Shown piece after piece: positions 58,604 to 64,000 of a stretch of DNA of 64,000 bases. Below the pieces are notes generated by a model that was not told where the DNA came from, did not search any database, and worked only from the letters and a program-made list of their open reading frames with translations. Positions within the stretch are counted from its first letter, which is position 1, and every line of letters starts with the position of its first letter. The translations under genes were made by a program, and so were the position numbers. The DNA comes from Bdellovibrionales bacterium (lineage in GTDB: Bacteria > Bdellovibrionota > Bdellovibrionia > Bdellovibrionales > JAGQZY01), in NCBI GenBank assembly GCA_031426555.1, contig JANPLN010000057.1:1-64000 (forward strand), read 5' to 3'.

Positions 58604-61580
58604 TGCGGATGACGTGGTTATTTCTGTCACTGATGTAAAGATCGCCTTGGTCGTCGAAAGAAACGTCCACAGGGTTGTTAAGTGGAACTGTGGTTGCACC
58701 AACGCCCTCTTGCTCCATGCCCGCAGGACCGCCAGAGAGGTTGACGGCCACAGGGCGCCCGGCCACCGTGTTCACACGCCCATCGGTGCGGTTGATACAG
58801 CGCACGTTGTGGCGACCAAAGTTTGCAAAACACAATCGACCATTGAAATAATCCAGCCCCATGGGATTGTCACAGCGTGAGCTCGTGGCGAGAATATTTT
58901 CGGAAGTGCTTCCGCCGGTTCCAGAAAAACACGCGATGGTCACCACACGTCCGGGGTCGATGGTTTGCGGGCCAAAAGTCACCTGTGAGGCGCTTCGATT
59001 CCAGTAGCGAATTTTGTTGTTAAAAGTGTCGGAGATGATCAAATTTCCAAACTCATCTATAGCGATGCCATGTGGTCTGTTCATTTCCAAAGCGGCAACC
59101 AAAAGGTCGTGGCCGCTGTCGGTGGGTGTGACGTCTCCGCAGTTGCCAAGAACAAACGAAGTGTTGCCAAGAGTATCCACTTTTTTTACGCAGTGGTTAA
59201 ATTGATCGACAACAAAAATTTCCATGCTGCCGGCATTGTTGTACGCGATGACGTCTGAAGGAAAATTCATCAGCGAAGAGAGAGCCACTCCGGCGGGACC
59301 GTTTCCAGCAGCCACAGCGTAGTTTCCCGCGATGCTTGAAACAAGGTCGTCGGGGATATAGATGCTCGCGTAGTTGTCGGGCGTTGTTTTACGATTCCAT
59401 ACCCGCAGATTATGCACTCGTGAATTGAGTTGCAACAAACTTCCATCCGGAAAAAGGCCGATCCCATTCATCTGGTTATTTGTTCCATTGAGGGCCGTAA
59501 ACATCAAAGCATTGGTCGGAAAATCGTTATCGAGAACGGGATTTCCCTGACCGCGGCCAAGGGCGGTGACAACACGACCGTATTTATCAATGCTGCGAAT
59601 TCGACTGTTATCCTGATCAACAAAGAACAACGTATCTGTGGAGTTTTCGTAAACCAGTCCATTGGGTCGATTAAAAATATAACCAAGAGTTGGTTTTTGG
59701 TTGTCGCCGTTAAATCCGCTACGTCCATTGCCCGATCCAACAACAACTTCAACGCTGTTGTCTGTGAGATTTAAGCGACGTAAACGATAGTTGTTGTAAT
59801 CGCTAAAAACCAGAAAGTTACTGTCAGTGGGATCCACAGTGAGCATGTAGGGTTCACTGATTTGCGCATTGTTAATGGCTATGTCGGAGCCATTGTAGCC
59901 TGCGGCAATGTTAGTGAAACGACCGGTTGTTTTCTGTGTGATGGTGATGCCGCCAATGGTGACGTCGGCTGCTGAGTTATTGGAAAGGTAAAAACGATCG
60001 TTGTTCCCGTCGCGAATATTAAAATAAATAAGATCACCAAGAACGGCCAAACCACTGGGACTTCCTATTGCGATGGCTAAACTGTTTCCACTTACGGTAG
60101 CGCCACCGGCACCGGTTCCGATGATGGTGCGAACTGTATTTGCAGCCACAGTCGTCGCGCTGGCTGTTGCGGTCCAGAAAAGTTTTCCAACTCCAGTGAG
60201 GTTTACTAGGCGAATACGGTGCTGCGCCATATGTGCTACATAAATTCCGTCGGCATTGACGACGATGTCGTACGGGCTTTGCCCGCCCGCGGCCGTCGGT
60301 GCTGAGCCGTCGGCTCCCATGGTGTTTGTGCCATTTCCATAAACGGTATAAGCTAAGTCTGTGGCAATGTCCCAGCGCTTAACGCGATGACTGCCATAAC
60401 AGGCCACGTAAAGACTTCCGGAGTACATGTAGAGAGTCGTGGGGGTGGTGCATTGATGTGTAGAGGCGGGAGCACCATCAACATTACTTGCGGCTGCGCC
60501 CATGCCTGTGTACATCATTCCCGAAGCATCCACATAGCGAACACGATTCCCGGTATGATCAGAGATGTAGAGTATCTCTCCGACATCATCATACCAAAGT
60601 CCGCGAGGGCGGTTGATGGCTGTGACAGTAGCCATTCCGTCTGCACCGGTAGAATACTCGCCAGTGCCGGCGACCACTTTAAAAGTGTTTGCAGGGATTG
60701 TGGTACCAGCGCGATCTACCGACGACGCTGTTCTGTTCCAGTACCACACGACGGCGTTATCGTAGTCAGCAATAAAGTAATTTCCGAGAGCATCCTGAAC
60801 TTGTGCGATGGGACGAATGCGAATGGAGGTTGGATTGGTTGCAGGGTTTTCATTGTCTCCGAGGCTGGGATTGCCACCGTAAGTACAAATTTGTCCTTGA
60901 GTGAGAACGTTACAGGCTTGTGGAAAGTGATTCACTTCGACGGTCCAAGAAAACGTATCGCTAGCACTGCCGTCGTTGACCACCACCGAAACGGTGGCGG
61001 CGCCGACATAGGCGATATAACCTGTGAGGGTGGCACTGTTGCCAGAGCCGATGAGCAGTCCTGAGGCCGCACCATTTAAGAGCCACGTGTATGTCAGCGT
61101 ATCTGCGTTAGCATCGGTGCCGGCTGCGGTAATGAGGATGCTCGATCCCACCGACACTTTTGGCATTCCCGTCGTCACGCCTGTGACGCTGGGTGGAGAA
61201 TTGATTTTAACGTTCCAAATTTTTTGTGCACTGGTTTCGCCGTCGGCCGCTTGCATTCGAAGAGTATGATTTCCTATATTCCCACCGTGAGCCAGCACCG
61301 TGTGTGTGTCTGTGATGTTCGATTGATTCACACCATCAAAATACCAGGAGTAGGTAAGGGTTCCGCCAAATGGTGCAACCACATCCACTTCAAACAACTG
61401 GTTGTTGCCCAGTTCGATAATGATAGGGTCCCCTTGGGGATCAAAATCTTCGATGGTGACGCTATCAACATTGGAATTGCCGCCGCCGCCACTTTGCAAT
61501 AGATCAAGACTGTCATCTTTTTTACAAGATAAGATAAGGAACGTTGATAGTACCAAGATGAAACGTACAGCAAACACCAT
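58584..61580 (-). CDS. Surface lipoprotein with Ig/PKD-like domains and NHL-repeat propellers
   Basis: LILSC lipobox, LTYSW/LTYTW Ig motifs, NNPVDV.FD..G.LYISD..NH.IRK repeats. Confidence 0.85.
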   Translation of the reverse strand: MVFAVRFILVLSTFLILSCKKDDSLDLLQSGGGGNSNVDSVTIEDFDPQGDPIIIELGNNQLFEVDVVAPFGGTLTYSWYFDGVNQSNITDTHTVLAHGGNIGNHTLRMQAADGETSAQKIWNVKINSPPSVTGVTTGMPKVSVGSSILITAAGTDANADTLTYTWLLNGAASGLLIGSGNSATLTGYIAYVGAATVSVVVNDGSASDTFSWTVEVNHFPQACNVLTQGQICTYGGNPSLGDNENPATNPTSIRIRPIAQVQDALGNYFIADYDNAVVWYWNRTASSVDRAGTTIPANTFKVVAGTGEYSTGADGMATVTAINRPRGLWYDDVGEILYISDHTGNRVRYVDASGMMYTGMGAAASNVDGAPASTHQCTTPTTLYMYSGSLYVACYGSHRVKRWDIATDLAYTVYGNGTNTMGADGSAPTAAGGQSPYDIVVNADGIYVAHMAQHRIRLVNLTGVGKLFWTATASATTVAANTVRTIIGTGAGGATVSGNSLAIAIGSPSGLAVLGDLIYFNIRDGNNDRFYLSNNSAADVTIGGITITQKTTGRFTNIAAGYNGSDIAINNAQISEPYMLTVDPTDSNFLVFSDYNNYRLRRLNLTDNSVEVVVGSGNGRSGFNGDNQKPTLGYIFNRPNGLVYENSTDTLFFVDQDNSRIRSIDKYGRVVTALGRGQGNPVLDNDFPTNALMFTALNGTNNQMNGIGLFPDGSLLQLNSRVHNLRVWNRKTTPDNYASIYIPDDLVSSIAGNYAVAAGNGPAGVALSSLMNFPSDVIAYNNAGSMEIFVVDQFNHCVKKVDTLGNTSFVLGNCGDVTPTDSGHDLLVAALEMNRPHGIAIDEFGNLIISDTFNNKIRYWNRSASQVTFGPQTIDPGRVVTIACFSGTGGSTSENILATSSRCDNPMGLDYFNGRLCFANFGRHNVRCINRTDGRVNTVAGRPVAVNLSGGPAGMEQEGVGATTVPLNNPVDVSFDDQGDLYISDRNNHVIRKVKLSP

Positions 61581-61611
61581 CGGTTTTCTTATCGGACGAA
61601 AGTCCTGAAAA

Positions 61612-62166
61612 CTAAAACTCAAGGCCCGCCCCCAGCAAGAGGTTGATTTGTGTGGCCTTGCCTTCGTCGGCGCCAAAAAGCATATCGTATCGAGTTTCGA
61701 AATTTAAAAACCAGTCTGTCCCAATTTGATAATCCACGCCTGCAGCTAAACCAGTGCCTAAAAATGTGGTCGAAAAAATAAAGTTAAAAGTTCTTTGGCG
61801 AAGGTGAAGGCCCACATAGGGTCGCCAGATTTCAGTCATGGAGATTTTAACATTTTCGGTCTGTGTGACAGTGCTCGTGGCCGCCGTGAAAGGGTAGTAA
61901 TTGGCACCGGCGTCGATACCAAATCCCTGACTTCCCGAAATACCATCACTCATAATCATGTTGAAACCTAAACAAGCATTTAAACTTTCTGTGGCGGCGT
62001 AAGATAATTGCAGGCTGTAAGCACCAACACCAGACGCAGAATCATCATTGGCGCGAATACCCGAGGTTGCAAATGACCATGTCCCTGCTTTGGCAGATAG
62101 CTGAAAGTTTTCAGCCCACGCTGCTGGAAGTTGAATCATAAAAAGGTAGAAAAAAAGCAGTCTCAT
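61612..62166 (-). CDS. Small outer-membrane beta-barrel protein
   Basis: Signal ...AWA, RPYVG, GVDYQ, C-terminal GAGLEF. Confidence 0.75.
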   Translation of the reverse strand: MRLLFFYLFMIQLPAAWAENFQLSAKAGTWSFATSGIRANDDSASGVGAYSLQLSYAATESLNACLGFNMIMSDGISGSQGFGIDAGANYYPFTAATSTVTQTENVKISMTEIWRPYVGLHLRQRTFNFIFSTTFLGTGLAAGVDYQIGTDWFLNFETRYDMLFGADEGKATQINLLLGAGLEF

Positions 62167-63824
62167 TACGCGGCTTTCTCTTCGCTTTGCGGAGTTGCAT
62201 CGATCCGAGCTACGACGGCGTCCATGATCGATCGAACTTTTCGTTTTGCCAAAGTCTTTTGTTCTAAAATTGCATTACCTTTGGGCTGCTGAGCAAAAAT
62301 CTCGCGCAATCGAAAGCGTTGGCGATCGGTAAGACTTTCAAAGAGCTTGTGTCCTTCTACGCGTTCACAATCTGGAAGAATAAACGAAAGCTCTTGTACT
62401 GGTATCTCCTGAATGACTAAGTTAAATTGTTCTTGGTTTAAGTCGAAAAATTTGTAAAAAGGTGTTCGCTTGGCATGCAAAGGAGACTGGGGAGAGAGGG
62501 CTTTGTAAAACTCTCTTTCATCCCATGTGTTCGCATGATCTAAATATTTTTCGATTTCAGTTTCGTTAAAAAATGAGTCGATGGACTGGGCGTTTCTTAA
62601 AGGTTTAATGTCTAAGGATTTTTGCTGCACTTGTTTAATGGTGGTTGGAGAAATTTTTGCTTTTGTAGTTTGCGGTTCAATAAACTGTGCCCAATTGCCG
62701 GGAAATAACTTCTTACAAACACGCACCGACTTATTTACCGGCAGCAGATGTAGAATTGGTGCCGACGTCTGAAATGGATAGTCGCGGAAGACAGTTTCCA
62801 GTTCTTCTTCGTTCAGTCGGTTTAAAATTAAAGCGAAATCTTTAGTCTCAGCGTCCATTAAAGAGGTAGTACTCAGCAATTGATTCTTAATTTTGAGGCG
62901 ATGCAACTTGTGGAGAACTTCGAGCGAGTCCCCGGACACTTGCGGTGCCGTCGCTAGCGCTGTAAACCACCAATCACCCACACCAAAAGCAAACAGCTCT
63001 TTTAGCTTCTCTTTTTTCATCTCGGCAAACAAAGCGGTCATTGCGGTTGGATTCTGTGTTCCTTCTTCTTCCAAAAAGTCCATGAGATCAATGGAAGGAC
63101 GCTCAAAGAGGTCTTTTGTTTCCTCGAAGACCTCTTTGTAAAGGCGGCGCGCTTCGTAAGAACTATCATGCCGTCCTGCGGACGGTGCTAAAGTCTTTGG
63201 AGCCGTTGCCGCGGAAAAATTTTGTGAGGCCAAACTTTGAGTTGATTTTCCAATTTCTGAGATGGGAGTCGAAAGTCCTTTAATTAAACTTCGCACACTC
63301 CATTGCATGAGGACAAACAACCCGATGAGTCCCGCGGCAACCATTCCCAAAATAAACTTCCACCAGTTAACGGCCTCTTGGATAGGACCTGGGACAATGG
63401 GTTTGGGTGGTATTTTTTTGATCTCAATTTTATCAGAGGCTGTAGAAAGTTTTAAAAATTCAAAAAGTTGGTTATGGAGTGCATTTAACTCGTTGGCTTC
63501 CATTTCGGTTTCGAGATCAACTTTGATGGCAACTTTGTCAACGTAGCTGATAAGTGTACTGAGAGGAACGTCCTGCTTAGACCAGATATCTTGTTCCTTG
63601 TCGACAACATCAAAATATGGCAAGTTTTCGGACTGGGATTTTTTGCTCTCAGGCTTATCAATGTTGACGATAGCAAGTACTGTGAAAGGTTGATTTGGAA
63701 AACGACTTTGAATAAATTTCGAAGTTCTTTCGGTGTAGTAATCTTCCACTTCCGAAACGCGATTTGCAAAAGCCAACGGCGTGGAGAGAATAATTAATAG
63801 GACGAGGGAGTAAAGGTGTTTCAT
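62166..63824 (-). CDS. Bitopic membrane protein with a FliF-like periplasmic part and a helical FliG-like cytoplasmic part
   Basis: Signal ...AFA, periplasmic alpha/beta domain ending SDKIEIKKI, one TM helix, helical C-terminus (PFYKFFDL...LFESLTDRQR). The family resemblance is weak. Confidence 0.45.
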   Translation of the reverse strand: MKHLYSLVLLIILSTPLAFANRVSEVEDYYTERTSKFIQSRFPNQPFTVLAIVNIDKPESKKSQSENLPYFDVVDKEQDIWSKQDVPLSTLISYVDKVAIKVDLETEMEANELNALHNQLFEFLKLSTASDKIEIKKIPPKPIVPGPIQEAVNWWKFILGMVAAGLIGLFVLMQWSVRSLIKGLSTPISEIGKSTQSLASQNFSAATAPKTLAPSAGRHDSSYEARRLYKEVFEETKDLFERPSIDLMDFLEEEGTQNPTAMTALFAEMKKEKLKELFAFGVGDWWFTALATAPQVSGDSLEVLHKLHRLKIKNQLLSTTSLMDAETKDFALILNRLNEEELETVFRDYPFQTSAPILHLLPVNKSVRVCKKLFPGNWAQFIEPQTTKAKISPTTIKQVQQKSLDIKPLRNAQSIDSFFNETEIEKYLDHANTWDEREFYKALSPQSPLHAKRTPFYKFFDLNQEQFNLVIQEIPVQELSFILPDCERVEGHKLFESLTDRQRFRLREIFAQQPKGNAILEQKTLAKRKVRSIMDAVVARIDATPQSEEKAA

Positions 63825-64000
63825 TGGTCGTCTCCAGTATCTTGAGAATCATTTAAAAACTTGTATAAAAAGTTATTGTGAATCCAGTTAGATTTCTTCA
63901 CTTGTGATTTTTTAGCTTCTGATTGTCGTACTTCTTTTTCTTTGATAAAGCTCGCAGTCGTGCGAGTTTTAGAGCGGGCAGGCAGCCATTGAACTTGTGA
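63821..64000 (-). CDS. 3' end of an upstream gene (partial)
   Basis: Open frame ...WIHNNFLYKFLNDSQDTGDDQ* whose TGA overlaps the next ATG (ATGA). Confidence 0.6.
   Translation of the reverse strand, partial: SQVQWLPARSKTRTTASFIKEKEVRQSEAKKSQVKKSNWIHNNFLYKFLNDSQDTGDDQ

Noticed and set aside
61581..61676. ORF-track N-terminal extension of the NHL gene
   Set aside because: It overlaps the upstream OMP gene; the lipoprotein signal begins at ATG 61580.
1..64000. CRISPR array
   Set aside because: No regularly spaced short repeats with unique spacers and no cas genes; the direct repeats are in-frame coding modules.

Overview
This window most likely comes from a Bdellovibrionota (predatory Bdellovibrio-like) chromosome. 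That call is inferred from MAT-type fibre N-termini, [FY]QNC lipoproteins, sigma28-like promoters and GTYTCA-N3-TGARAC palindromes. The first 44 kb is a fibre-adhesin island with four giant mosaic phage-tail-fibre-like genes and one truncated copy. None ends in an S74 chaperone; all four full copies end in a shared ~90-100 aa C-terminal cap. Three are followed directly by a secreted partner (a Tat-exported 21-repeat RCC1 protein and two beta-helix proteins) whose N-termini share an F-x(1-2)-W peptide. Glycosyl- and methyltransferase genes are interleaved. The best candidate for an undescribed system is therefore a two-component 'shaft plus exchangeable tip' adhesin with dedicated glycosylation, expressed from apparently leaderless sigma28 promoters. 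Positions 43-48.4 kb show deletion-driven decay. The remainder holds secreted enzymes (GH10, kinase-like, amidoligase-like, EEP nuclease), HIT, DUF2914, tRNA-Arg, a response regulator, a 63-bp perfect inverted repeat and a FliF/FliG-like + OMP + NHL-lipoprotein operon. All family calls are by motif recognition only; no searches were run.
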